A program made the translations under genes and the position numbers. Shown here in pieces: positions 7,899 to 15,467 of a stretch of DNA of 50,781 bases (position 1 is the stretch's first letter; each line of letters starts with the position of its first letter). The DNA comes from a virus. Location of the stretch: the IMG/VR virus record IMGVR_UViG_3300045988_030121, positions 1 through 50,781 of that record; one strand, written 5' to 3'. The notes under the pieces were generated by a model, which was not told where the DNA came from, ran no database searches, and saw only the letters and a list, made by a program, of their open reading frames with translations.

Positions 7899-8017
7899 AA
7901 GGTTTTAGAATTGAATAATGGTTTATTTATTATCTTTTAAGTGAGACCGCGGGGGGATTAGGTCGGTTGCTTGCTTTCGGATTTTCCGTTGCCGTTCCCC
8001 CTCGCGCTCACATGGTC

Positions 8018-9979
8018 TTATTCCACGATGATTTCCTTGTCCCTTGTCACCACAAGATTGATGATTTGCGAATCTGTGCGGATAAGTTCATTCACGGATT
8101 CCCGGTTGTCAATAAAGATGGGGGCGCATACATCGAAATGCTTGCAAAGGGTGTTGATGATGTCCAGCCCGGCATTGACTTGGGATGCGGAATTTGCAGA
8201 CCAATAAGGGATGCCGTCACAAAGAGGGGTGCAAACCTCATAGATGTTGCCCTCGATTGTTGTATCATACAACTTGAACTTCACGAAATGGAAGTGGCTG
8301 TTGATGCGGCTTTCGCATTCCTCAATCTTGACACGGATGAAGTCTTGGATGGCGATTTCTTCACCCTCAATGCCCGCGATTTCTTGGGCAAGGCGCTTTT
8401 CCTCTTGGGCAAGGCGAGCGATTTCGGCATCTGCCTTTGCGATGGCATCACGGGCGGCAAGGCGCTTCACGCAATTCTCCTTTTCAACACCCAAATCGGC
8501 CTTTTTCTGCGACAAGGCGGATGTGTCGGGGCTTCCGGCATTGCCGTTGCTCATGGTGGCTTCGATGGCGGAAATCTTCTTGTCAATTTCAGCGCATTCG
8601 GGGACATCAGCTTCCGTGACGGTTCTTGCCTTTGTTTCCACGATGGCGGCAAGGTCGGCTTCTTTCGCCTTGATTTCCGCATCAAGGTCGGCTTCCGCGC
8701 CCCTGGTCTCTTTGAGTTTTGCATCAATAGCCGCGATGTCGGCTTTCAGTGCATTGAGCCTTTCAACATTGGCCTTTCCATCTCTTGTGATGGATGCAAG
8801 GATTGCATTCTTGGATGCGTTGAATTTCTCGCGGGCGGCCGCCTTTGCATCTTCCGGCAATTCCTGATGGCATACCGGGCAAATGTCGCTTCCATCATAG
8901 GTTTTGGCATTCTCCACACCCCAAGACTTGCGGCCATCAGTGATTTTCACTTCAACATATTGTGCCGTCTTTTCCTTTTCGGCCTTTTCGTTTTCAAGGG
9001 TGTTGATTGACCGGCGCACCGAATCCAATTCATTCTTCTTGGAGCGGATTTCGGCCGCAAGTTCACGCCGGGACTGATTGGCCCTGAATGCCGCATCATT
9101 CTCATTGGATTGAGCATTGAAAACCAACTTTTGCTTTTCGGATTTGAGGGCATTGACTTCATCAGCCTTTCGCCTTTCTTCCTCATAGGCCGCACGAATG
9201 GCCTTTGTGATGTCCGCGATTTGGCCATCAACGGCCGCGATGTCCGCATCAATTTCGGCAATCCGCTTTTCGATGGCCGCGAAATCATCCGCCGCCGGCT
9301 TCATCTTTGTTGTCTGGTCAATACGCGGGGAAATCTCCGCAAGATTCTGCTTCAAAAGGCGCTTTTTGGCCGCAATTTCGCGCTTGAAGTCAGACAATGA
9401 CTTGCCGCTTATCTTGTCAAGCAATGTGGCAAATTCGGGCCTTTTTTCAACGATTTCGGCATCCGTCAATGTCTGTTCAAGGAAAAAGAGAGTGTCACGG
9501 CGCAATTGCATGTCCATGTTCACGAAGAAAGCCGGGTTTGTGAGCATCTTGAAAAGCGATTCATCAATGATGCTTGATACCCTCTTGGCATATTCGGTGA
9601 CATTCACCGGCACATCATTCCACCAACAATCAGTGCGATTGCCTTTGAAAACCCTTTCGGCCTTGCCGCGGGGCTTCACCCATTCTTCGACCAATGACCG
9701 TTTCAGGGTAATTTCTTCACCATTCACAATGATGATTGCGGAGACCGTGGCATCCACATTGTGAAGTTCCTGACCATTCACGCGGGTTTTGATTTCATAA
9801 TCCTTGCGGTCGGCCGAATCCTTGCCGAAAAGAAGCCAAATGAATGCATCGAAGTGGCGGGATTTTCCGAGACCGTTTGCACCCTTGATGGTGGTGACAT
9901 CGGAATTGAATGCCGTTGTCCTTTCCTTTTCCCCCTTGAAATTGGTAAGGGTGATTGATTTTAAGATAACTTGCTTCAT
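8018..9979 (-). CDS. SMC/Rad50/SbcC-like AAA ATPase with a long coiled coil
   Basis: Walker A GANGLGKS near the N-terminus. Long Ala/Glu/Lys-rich coiled coil. C-terminal IFIDNRESV is Walker B/D-loop-like. The first ATG is at 9979; the track start at 10015 is a TTG. Confidence 0.8.
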   Translation of the reverse strand: MKQVILKSITLTNFKGEKERTTAFNSDVTTIKGANGLGKSRHFDAFIWLLFGKDSADRKDYEIKTRVNGQELHNVDATVSAIIIVNGEEITLKRSLVEEWVKPRGKAERVFKGNRTDCWWNDVPVNVTEYAKRVSSIIDESLFKMLTNPAFFVNMDMQLRRDTLFFLEQTLTDAEIVEKRPEFATLLDKISGKSLSDFKREIAAKKRLLKQNLAEISPRIDQTTKMKPAADDFAAIEKRIAEIDADIAAVDGQIADITKAIRAAYEEERRKADEVNALKSEKQKLVFNAQSNENDAAFRANQSRRELAAEIRSKKNELDSVRRSINTLENEKAEKEKTAQYVEVKITDGRKSWGVENAKTYDGSDICPVCHQELPEDAKAAAREKFNASKNAILASITRDGKANVERLNALKADIAAIDAKLKETRGAEADLDAEIKAKEADLAAIVETKARTVTEADVPECAEIDKKISAIEATMSNGNAGSPDTSALSQKKADLGVEKENCVKRLAARDAIAKADAEIARLAQEEKRLAQEIAGIEGEEIAIQDFIRVKIEECESRINSHFHFVKFKLYDTTIEGNIYEVCTPLCDGIPYWSANSASQVNAGLDIINTLCKHFDVCAPIFIDNRESVNELIRTDSQIINLVVTRDKEIIVE

Positions 9980-9990
9980 ATAGATTTTTG

Positions 9991-10272
9991 TTAAATAGAT
10001 TTGTGTTCTTTCCAAAGTTCCACCGCCCTGTCTGCATCAACTATTATCAGGCGTTTGTCCTGCATGATGGCATCCTTTATCACGCCACTTTTCTTGATTC
10101 GGTTTGCCGTTGCAATCGAGCATCCAAAAACCGATGCGATGCCGGCGATGCCATACACAAGGCGTTTTTCCTTTTCGGGTTCCGTCCTGGTCGCTTTCAT
10201 GGTGTTCTCAATGAGTTCCACAAGCTGTGAGACGGTAAGGTCAATGATGCGTGTTTCGGGGGTGTAATTCAT
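9991..10272 (-). CDS. DUF3853-like helix-turn-helix protein (excisionase-like fold)
   Basis: YGIAGIASVFGCSIATANRIKKSGVIKDAIMQDKRLIIVDADRAVEL resembles Bacteroidales DUF3853 proteins from memory. Confidence 0.55.
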   Translation of the reverse strand: MNYTPETRIIDLTVSQLVELIENTMKATRTEPEKEKRLVYGIAGIASVFGCSIATANRIKKSGVIKDAIMQDKRLIIVDADRAVELWKEHKSI

Positions 10273-10275
10273 GGC

Positions 10276-10509
10276 TTATTCGGGAAAATAACCCCTTTTC
10301 TCCCACCTGTTGAACAAGATGACGGATGCTGCGCCAAAGGCATATCCGATGGCCTGTGAACCAAGAAGCGAGAGTGTCCAATTGGCCGCATCTTCCGCCG
10401 GCTCCGCTATAAGGAAAATAAATGCGATGCAACCGAGGATGCCCACGATTGTGCCGCGCCAATTGAAAGGGGATTGTTTTTGTTTCGAAGTGTTGTTGCT
10501 CTGTTTCAT
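10276..10509 (-). CDS. Small membrane protein (two predicted TM helices)
   Basis: 77 aa. The hydrophobic stretches IVGILGCIAFIFLIA and LLGSQAIGYAFGAASVILF are read from the translation. Confidence 0.5.
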   Translation of the reverse strand: MKQSNNTSKQKQSPFNWRGTIVGILGCIAFIFLIAEPAEDAANWTLSLLGSQAIGYAFGAASVILFNRWEKRGYFPE

Positions 10510-10521
10510 TGTTGCGATTTT

Positions 10522-10914
10522 TTAGATAAATTCAAATTCTGCATCGTCTTTGCGCCGTGTCTTTGTCCGAGTTCTTGCCACCCTTGCGCTTGCGGTTTTT
10601 TGCGGCCTTATCCAATTGTCATTGTCATCAACTGTTGCGATTTGTGGCAATAGAATCATCAAAAGGATGAAGCCGGCAATTGACCGTTTCAACGGGGACA
10701 AGTCAAAGGAAATGTGAAACCTCGTACAAAACCACCACGCGGACAACTCATTGGATTTCCCACACTCAACTTTCGTGTAAATGTTCTTGATGTGGTTCTC
10801 AACGGTTCTTTCCGAAAGGAATAAGCGGTTTGCAATCTCTTTCTTGCTTCCGCCCCACGCGACCAATTCCGCGATTTCGGATTCCCGTTTGGTGAGTTCG
10901 GCACGGGGATTCAT
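10522..10914 (-). CDS. LuxR/GerE-type HTH regulator with a C-terminal hydrophobic segment
   Basis: LTKRESEIAELVAWGGSKKEIANRLFLSERTVENHIKNIYTKV is a GerE HTH. IAGFILLMILLPQIATV is TM-like. The ATG at 10914 overlaps the upstream stop codon (ATGA). Confidence 0.75.
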   Translation of the reverse strand: MNPRAELTKRESEIAELVAWGGSKKEIANRLFLSERTVENHIKNIYTKVECGKSNELSAWWFCTRFHISFDLSPLKRSIAGFILLMILLPQIATVDDNDNWIRPQKTASARVARTRTKTRRKDDAEFEFI

Positions 10915-11225
10915 CAGCAAGCCCCCCAAACCTCTTTGATGCCGTAATCGGCAAAGATGGATTCGATGGCCTTGATTTCGGAGAATTTCGGTTCGACATC
11001 CCCGCGCTTGCGGTTCAGAAAAGCCGCCCTTGTGGTAAGGTTCAAGGCCGTCATCAGCTTTTCACGAACCGTGGCTGCATCACCGTTCTTTACCTGTGAC
11101 CAGCCCTTTTCAAATGAAAACTCTTTCTTGCACATAGTGTTATGAATGTTTGACTTTTTACCCCGAACACCCAAATTATCCCGCAATCGTTTCCATTTTT
11201 CGTGAAAATGACCTATTTTTGTCAT
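10914..11225 (-). CDS. First gene of the leftward early operon, possible Cro-like regulator. An alternative ATG at 11135 would give 73 aa.
   Basis: ATVREKLMTALNLTTRAAFLNRKRGDVEP looks like an HTH. The longer form would contain operator-like site C (11196-11209). Confidence 0.45.
   Translation of the reverse strand: MTKIGHFHEKWKRLRDNLGVRGKKSNIHNTMCKKEFSFEKGWSQVKNGDAATVREKLMTALNLTTRAAFLNRKRGDVEPKFSEIKAIESIFADYGIKEVWGAC
11196..11209. promoter_or_regulatory. Operator-like palindrome C (TTTTTCGTGAAAAT)
   Basis: Shares the core TTTCGTGAA with site B and its complement with site A. Confidence 0.4.
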
Positions 11226-11290
11226 TTCATATTGTTTTCCGTTGCTTTAACTTTGCGGTGTTAAAGGTTTACAAATGCAAAGTAACGCAT

Positions 11291-11304
11291 TATTTCACGA
11301 AATA
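11291..11304. promoter_or_regulatory. Operator-like palindrome A (TATTTC-AC-GAAATA)
   Basis: Perfect 6-bp arms. Lies in the divergent region between the leftward early and rightward lysogeny operons. Preceded by ACGCA, as is site B. Confidence 0.5.
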
Positions 11305-11321
11305 ACAAGAAAAATACGCAA

Positions 11322-11335
11322 TATTTCGTGAAGAT
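11322..11335. promoter_or_regulatory. Operator-like site B (TATTTCGTGAAGAT)
   Basis: Its centre is 31 bp from the centre of site A. 14 of 20 positions are identical to A when the flanking ACGCA is included. Confidence 0.45.
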
Positions 11336-11365
11336 TTTTTTGAGTTTAATTATATCTTGTTGATT

Positions 11366-11731
11366 ATGAGCGACTTTGATATAAAAGAAATTCGCACAAA
11401 GTTGCATGTTACACAAGAGGAACTTGCAAAGATGCTCGGTGTGTCGGTCAGGACGGTGCAGAATTGGGAATCCGGTGCAAAGATTCCAGAATCGAAACAT
11501 GCAATATTGCGTGATTTGGTTGTCAGGCCGCACCGTTATGCTGGTGGTGAACAAGTGAACACGCATGGTGACAACATCAATGGCAACAATGTGACGGTGA
11601 ACAAGACCGATGCGGAAAAGATGCTTGACCTCTTGGCCAGCAAAGAGGATTCCTTGCGAAAGTCACAAGAGCAAATTGACCGCCTGATTGCCATGCTTGA
11701 AAAATTGACCAACAAATTGACTGAACAATGA
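11366..11731 (+). CDS. XRE-family HTH repressor (CI-like) with a C-terminal coiled coil
   Basis: IRTKLHVTQEELAKMLGVSVRTVQNWESGAKIP is an HTH_3 pattern. First gene of the rightward operon that ends in the integrase. ATG at 11366; the track start is a TTG. Confidence 0.75.
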   Translation: MSDFDIKEIRTKLHVTQEELAKMLGVSVRTVQNWESGAKIPESKHAILRDLVVRPHRYAGGEQVNTHGDNINGNNVTVNKTDAEKMLDLLASKEDSLRKSQEQIDRLIAMLEKLTNKLTEQ

Positions 11732-11901
11732 GAATCAAGGTAAAAGACTATTATGGCAACCCGGATTATTATTCCGTTATGCCCCAAGCAATCTTCGATT
11801 CACTTGAAACCGCCTATCTTGATGGCCAAGAGTTCACGGATGTGGACAAGGAGCAATTTGACAAGATGGTGTGGGATTACCAAATCAAGATGGACAAATG
11901 A
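11728..11901 (+). CDS. Small hypothetical protein (57 aa), absent from the ORF track
   Basis: Translates to MRIKVKDYYGNPDYYSVMPQAIFDSLETAYLDGQEFTDVDKEQFDKMVWDYQIKMDK. Both ends overlap the neighbouring genes by ATGA, which suggests translational coupling. Confidence 0.45.
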   Translation: MRIKVKDYYGNPDYYSVMPQAIFDSLETAYLDGQEFTDVDKEQFDKMVWDYQIKMDK

Positions 11902-12311
11902 ACATTCGGCATATCATATCAATGCTTTTCCTTTCGGCCCTGATGATTGGTTGCGGCAAGGCCGAACAACCCATGGATGCCAACACCTTTGACAAGGTTT
12001 TCGGGACATGGGAGACAATCGCATATTGCACAAGTGATGGCTATTTCGTGCCGTCCACAATCAAGGAGACATTCATCTTCAAAGATGACAATACATTCAC
12101 CCATGACAATGACGGTTCAATATCTTTCGGGGAATATGGGTTCAACCCCGAAACCAATATCATTTCATGCAAAGAATCCCGTGGATGGGACATGCTCATA
12201 ACTGTGACTTTTGAGGATTATGAAAAGGCTGTGTTTAACATCAAGGGAAAGACCGCGGCAACATCATACAAGATTAGGGTGCAACACATGCCCCAAGGAT
12301 GGCAAAAGTGA
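11898..12311 (+). CDS. Lipoprotein (lipocalin-like), moron in the lysogeny operon
   Basis: MNIRHIISMLFLSALMIGCGK is a signal peptide with a lipobox Cys. 137 aa. Confidence 0.7.
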   Translation: MNIRHIISMLFLSALMIGCGKAEQPMDANTFDKVFGTWETIAYCTSDGYFVPSTIKETFIFKDDNTFTHDNDGSISFGEYGFNPETNIISCKESRGWDMLITVTFEDYEKAVFNIKGKTAATSYKIRVQHMPQGWQK

Positions 12312-12318
12312 TTTCATT

Positions 12319-12609
12319 ATGAAAAAAGCAATCAACCCGGAAGCGCTGGAAATCCAAAGGCGATTTTTCCAAGCCCTTGACCTCGCAATCAGTTTGGGCA
12401 AGGTCGGGAGCCTGACGGCCTTTTGTGATGACCACAAGTTGAACCGCACGAAATATTCCCGGATAAGAAGTACACTTGACAAACCAATGGATGAAAGGCT
12501 TTACAAGGTCATTGATATTGATGCATTATCTTCGATTTGCAAGGACTTTGGCGTGTCGGCTGATTGGCTGCTCACGGGACGGGGAAAGATGCTTAAAACG
12601 GATAAATAA
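12319..12609 (+). CDS. HTH (XRE-like) protein immediately upstream of the integrase
   Basis: LSSICKDFGVSADWLLTGRGKM has the typical XRE C-terminal helix and the WLLTG motif. Its stop codon overlaps the integrase ATG. Confidence 0.6.
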   Translation: MKKAINPEALEIQRRFFQALDLAISLGKVGSLTAFCDDHKLNRTKYSRIRSTLDKPMDERLYKVIDIDALSSICKDFGVSADWLLTGRGKMLKTDK

Positions 12610-13895
12610 TGCACATTCAAAGGGGAATCAAGTTCATTTTGCACAAGAGGAATCCGAATCAGGCGCAAAACCTCGGAATCCGCTTGCGTGTCACATTGCG
12701 GGGCAAGACACCCATTGATTTTCCCCTCGGATTCTCAACCGACATTGAGAATTGGGATGCATCTGAACAAATGGCCATTGGTGGGGATAACATGGCCGCA
12801 ATCAACAGAACCATCAAGGAATGGCGCAACACCCTTGATGAAATCTTTGCACGGTATGAGTTGATTGAGAAACGCACCCCCGAACCTGATGAATTGAAAG
12901 ACTTGTTCAATGACACCATCGGACGGCAAACCGACTTGAAGAAAGAGTTGGACAAGCTGGAAGCCGAACAAAACCCCGGATTCTTCAAGGTGTTCGACAT
13001 CTTCATGATTAAGACCGGCAAGCAAAACCAATGGATGGAATCAACATTCAAGAAGTTCCGCACCATCAAGCGCACATTGAGGGACTATGACAAGAAACTT
13101 TCTTTCGACACCATCACCCATGACAAGATGCAAGGGTACATGGAAAGCCTTTTGAAAGCCGGCAAGAAAAACACCACCGTTGCCAAAGACATTTCATTTG
13201 TCCGCTGGTTCCTGCATTGGGCATATCTCAATGGATATTACAACGGGAATCTTCATGAGACATTCAAGCCCAAGTTGAAAGGCGCGGACGGGGCTTCAAA
13301 GGAAATCATATTCCTGACAAGGGATGAAGTGAACAAGCTGGAAGAATGGCAATTCAAGCCCGAACAAAAAGCCCTTGAAAGGGTGCGTGATGTGTTCTTG
13401 TTCTGTTGCTTCACGGGGCTTCGATATTCGGATGTGGCAAAGCTGAAAAAGGCCGATGTCAAACAAGGGTACATTGATGTTGTCACCCAAAAGACCAATG
13501 ACAGCTTGAAGATTGAGTTGAACAGGCATTCACAAGCAATCATTGACAAGTACAAGGATGCCGGCGCATGGGATGGCCTTGCCTTGCCGGTAATCTCAAA
13601 CCAAAAGATGAATGATGCCCTGAAAGACTTGGGCAAGTTGTGCGGGATTGATGACCCCGTGCGGATTGTCTATTTCAAGGGGAATGAAAGGTGTGAGGAT
13701 GTCAAGCCGAAATATGAGGTCTTGACAACCCATTGCGCCCGGCGCACCTTTGTCGTGTCGGCCCTGCAATTGGGCATCCCCTCGGAAGTCATCATGCGTT
13801 GGACGGGGCATTCATCATTCAAGGCCATGAAACCATATTACAAAATCGTGGATGAAACGAAAGAGAAAGCAATGACAAAATTCGATGATTTTTGA
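12609..13895 (+). CDS. int: Tyrosine recombinase / phage integrase (Bacteroidales type)
   Basis: 428 aa. Catalytic blocks are CFTGLRYSD (Arg), THCARRTF (H-x-x-R) and WTGHSS...KPYYKI (His and Tyr). Confidence 0.92.
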   Translation: MHIQRGIKFILHKRNPNQAQNLGIRLRVTLRGKTPIDFPLGFSTDIENWDASEQMAIGGDNMAAINRTIKEWRNTLDEIFARYELIEKRTPEPDELKDLFNDTIGRQTDLKKELDKLEAEQNPGFFKVFDIFMIKTGKQNQWMESTFKKFRTIKRTLRDYDKKLSFDTITHDKMQGYMESLLKAGKKNTTVAKDISFVRWFLHWAYLNGYYNGNLHETFKPKLKGADGASKEIIFLTRDEVNKLEEWQFKPEQKALERVRDVFLFCCFTGLRYSDVAKLKKADVKQGYIDVVTQKTNDSLKIELNRHSQAIIDKYKDAGAWDGLALPVISNQKMNDALKDLGKLCGIDDPVRIVYFKGNERCEDVKPKYEVLTTHCARRTFVVSALQLGIPSEVIMRWTGHSSFKAMKPYYKIVDETKEKAMTKFDDF

Positions 13896-13896
13896 T

Positions 13897-13920
13897 GTAC
13901 ACGAATTTGTACACGAATTT
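13897..13920 (+). repeat. Tandem 12-mer (GTACACGAATTT x2), left arm-type repeat
   Basis: Exact tandem duplication. 21 nt recur at 14082-14102. Confidence 0.8.
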
Positions 13921-14081
13921 GGGTATGATTTTTGATATTATATGATATTTGTTAAATCGGAGAAAATGGGCTATGATATTGACAATGAAATATTTGACAC
14001 TTTATGATAGTGTGCAATATCATTCGTTAAAGTCCGCCCATCTCCACAACCTCAATTGATTTTCAATTGGTTACATCATCG

Positions 14082-14102
14082 GTACACGAATTTGTACACG
14101 AA
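14082..14102 (+). repeat. GTACACGAATTTGTACACGAA, right arm-type repeat
   Basis: Identical to 13897-13917. Confidence 0.8.
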
Positions 14103-14103
14103 A

Positions 14104-14127
14104 ACACCTCTTTTCGGGGTGTTTTTT
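14104..14127 (+). terminator. Rho-independent terminator (stem ACACCTC/GGGGTGT, loop TTTTC, T5)
   Basis: Hairpin followed by TTTTT, read directly from the sequence. Lies downstream of the int operon. Confidence 0.65.
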
Positions 14128-14174
14128 CCATTTGTAACCCCATTCGTAAACCATCCGTAATTCACCACCATTTA

Positions 14175-14206
14175 CAAAAGAAGCCGGGGCAACAAACCCG
14201 GCTTCT
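14175..14206 (-). terminator. Rho-independent terminator of the lysis/DGR transcription unit
   Basis: On the minus strand: 10-bp stem AGAAGCCGGG/CCCGGCTTCT, 8-nt loop, then TTTTG. It sits 62 nt after the stop of the last lysis gene. Confidence 0.65.
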
Positions 14207-14267
14207 GACATTGTACCGTGGCGCAACACCACGGCTCGCAACAATGTTTTGCAAAGATAGCATTTTT

Positions 14268-14867
14268 TCAGGAAACAATCTTGCGTACCCCCGCAAGGAT
14301 TCTTTTGATGAAATTGAGAATCGGAACCCGTTTGAGGTACATAAGCACCACCACCGCAAGGGCAAGAATGTAAAAGGCATATTTCAGGTGATTGGGCTTC
14401 GGGGCTTCCGTGACCTTTTCTTGGGATGAATCATTGACGGCGGCCGCCACCGATGTGTGACTCTCGGATTCCTCGCTTTTCTCCGTTTCGCGGCTTTCCC
14501 CCTTTTCTTCCGTCATGGTCTCAATGACCGTTTGGCGGACTGATTGGATTGAACCTTTGCCCTTGACCTTGCCGCCACCCGGCAATTCAAGTTCGATGGG
14601 GGCATTGTTGTCATTCTCCACCGGAACATTGGCGGTTGTGTCGGACTGCTTGCCCGCATCGGGAAAAAAGGTGATTTCCGTGATGGTCACTTTCCCGGAT
14701 TCGGTTTTGGTTGTGTCGATGAATATATCTTTGGAATCGGTCTTGACGGCTTCCACATGGGTGCTGTCACGGCTTTCCGAATGGTCTTGTTTCACCACGC
14801 GCCGGGAAACACCGCACCCGGACATCATGAGGATGACAAGAGCCGCCATGAATACATGTCTTTTCAT
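14268..14867 (-). CDS. Lipoprotein with a C-terminal TM helix; unimolecular spanin candidate
   Basis: MKRHVFMAALVILMMSGCG is a lipobox signal. The C-terminal YAFYILALAVVVLMYL is TM-like. It is the last gene of the holin-amidase cassette. ATG at 14867; the track start is a TTG. Confidence 0.5.
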   Translation of the reverse strand: MKRHVFMAALVILMMSGCGVSRRVVKQDHSESRDSTHVEAVKTDSKDIFIDTTKTESGKVTITEITFFPDAGKQSDTTANVPVENDNNAPIELELPGGGKVKGKGSIQSVRQTVIETMTEEKGESRETEKSEESESHTSVAAAVNDSSQEKVTEAPKPNHLKYAFYILALAVVVLMYLKRVPILNFIKRILAGVRKIVS

Positions 14868-14869
14868 AA

Positions 14870-15463
14870 TCAAAGGGTGTTAATGTACTGAATGATGCCA
14901 TCGGCCAGAACCTCGGAACATTCCACAATGGATTTATCGGTCATCAGATAGTTGCAATCTTCACGATTGTCCATGAAGAAATGTTCGACCAGGACGGCGG
15001 GGCAAACGGTCTGCCTTACAACCGCGAAATTTGCCTTGTAGTATTTTTGCAAGGGTTCGGGTTGCCTTGTCTTGAAGCCTTTAGCCTTTGCCCTGTCAAA
15101 AAGCAAATTCGCAAGCCGCACGGATTTCTCGGACGGCTTTGTGTATGTGAACACGCACCATCCGCGGGCATTCATCCATTGGCCGTTGCCGGCCGCGTTC
15201 ACATGGATGGACACAAAGGCCACATTGCCCGGCCCGACCGCATAAGCGACCTTGTTTGCGCGGTTGCATCTTTCCGTCAGGGTTATGTCGGTGATTTCAG
15301 GAACCACGATTTCGGCATCAATCCCCCTGTCTATGAGCAAGGCAAGGGTTGCGGCCGCGCATCGCCTGTTCCAATCATATTCACGCAACTTGCCATCGGG
15401 ACTTCTTTTGCCGGCCGTGTCAATCCCATGTCCTGGGTCAAGAAGCACTTTCACTTTCGTCAT
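14870..15463 (-). CDS. N-acetylmuramoyl-L-alanine amidase (endolysin, Amidase_3-like)
   Basis: KVLLDPGHGIDTAGKRSPDG..REYDWN...VSIHVNAAG. The ATG at 15463 follows the holin stop codon. Confidence 0.85.
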   Translation of the reverse strand: MTKVKVLLDPGHGIDTAGKRSPDGKLREYDWNRRCAAATLALLIDRGIDAEIVVPEITDITLTERCNRANKVAYAVGPGNVAFVSIHVNAAGNGQWMNARGWCVFTYTKPSEKSVRLANLLFDRAKAKGFKTRQPEPLQKYYKANFAVVRQTVCPAVLVEHFFMDNREDCNYLMTDKSIVECSEVLADGIIQYINTL

Positions 15464-15467
15464 GGCT

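Larger units (their letters stand above)
13896..14103. other. Candidate attP region
   Basis: AT-rich and non-coding, directly 3' of int. Bracketed by GTACACGAATTTGTACACGAA repeats. Contains four or five TATGATA(T/G) direct repeats and a tRNA-3'-end-like string, AGTCCGCCCATCTCCAC, at 14031-14047. Confidence 0.5.

Noticed and set aside
7941-8011. Long-range imperfect inverted repeat (GTGAGACCGCGGGGGG ... CCCCCTCGCGCTCAC) in the RecT/ATPase intergenic gap
   Set aside because: The stem needs a bulge and a mismatch, the loop is about 40 nt, and there is no clear U tract. I could not support an ncRNA or terminator call by eye.
7967-9010. 347-aa plus-strand ORF (and several other plus-strand ORFs between 8244 and 9958)
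   Set aside because: They are antisense shadows of the SMC-like ATPase gene. Their sequence is low-complexity and Cys/Phe/Gly-rich with no motifs, whereas the minus-strand ORF has a clear Walker A motif and coiled coil.
11258-11288. Split half-sites GTGTTA (11258-11263) and TAACGC (11283-11288) of the 15-bp palindrome in the switch region
   Set aside because: The halves are 19 nt apart instead of 3, so this does not count as a sixth copy. It may be coincidence.
14031-14047. A tRNA gene in the attP region
   Set aside because: Only the acceptor 3' strand and part of a T-stem are recognisable. No T-loop consensus (C56 and A58 are absent), no anticodon arm and no 5' half are present. It is treated as a possible attP core, not as an RNA gene.
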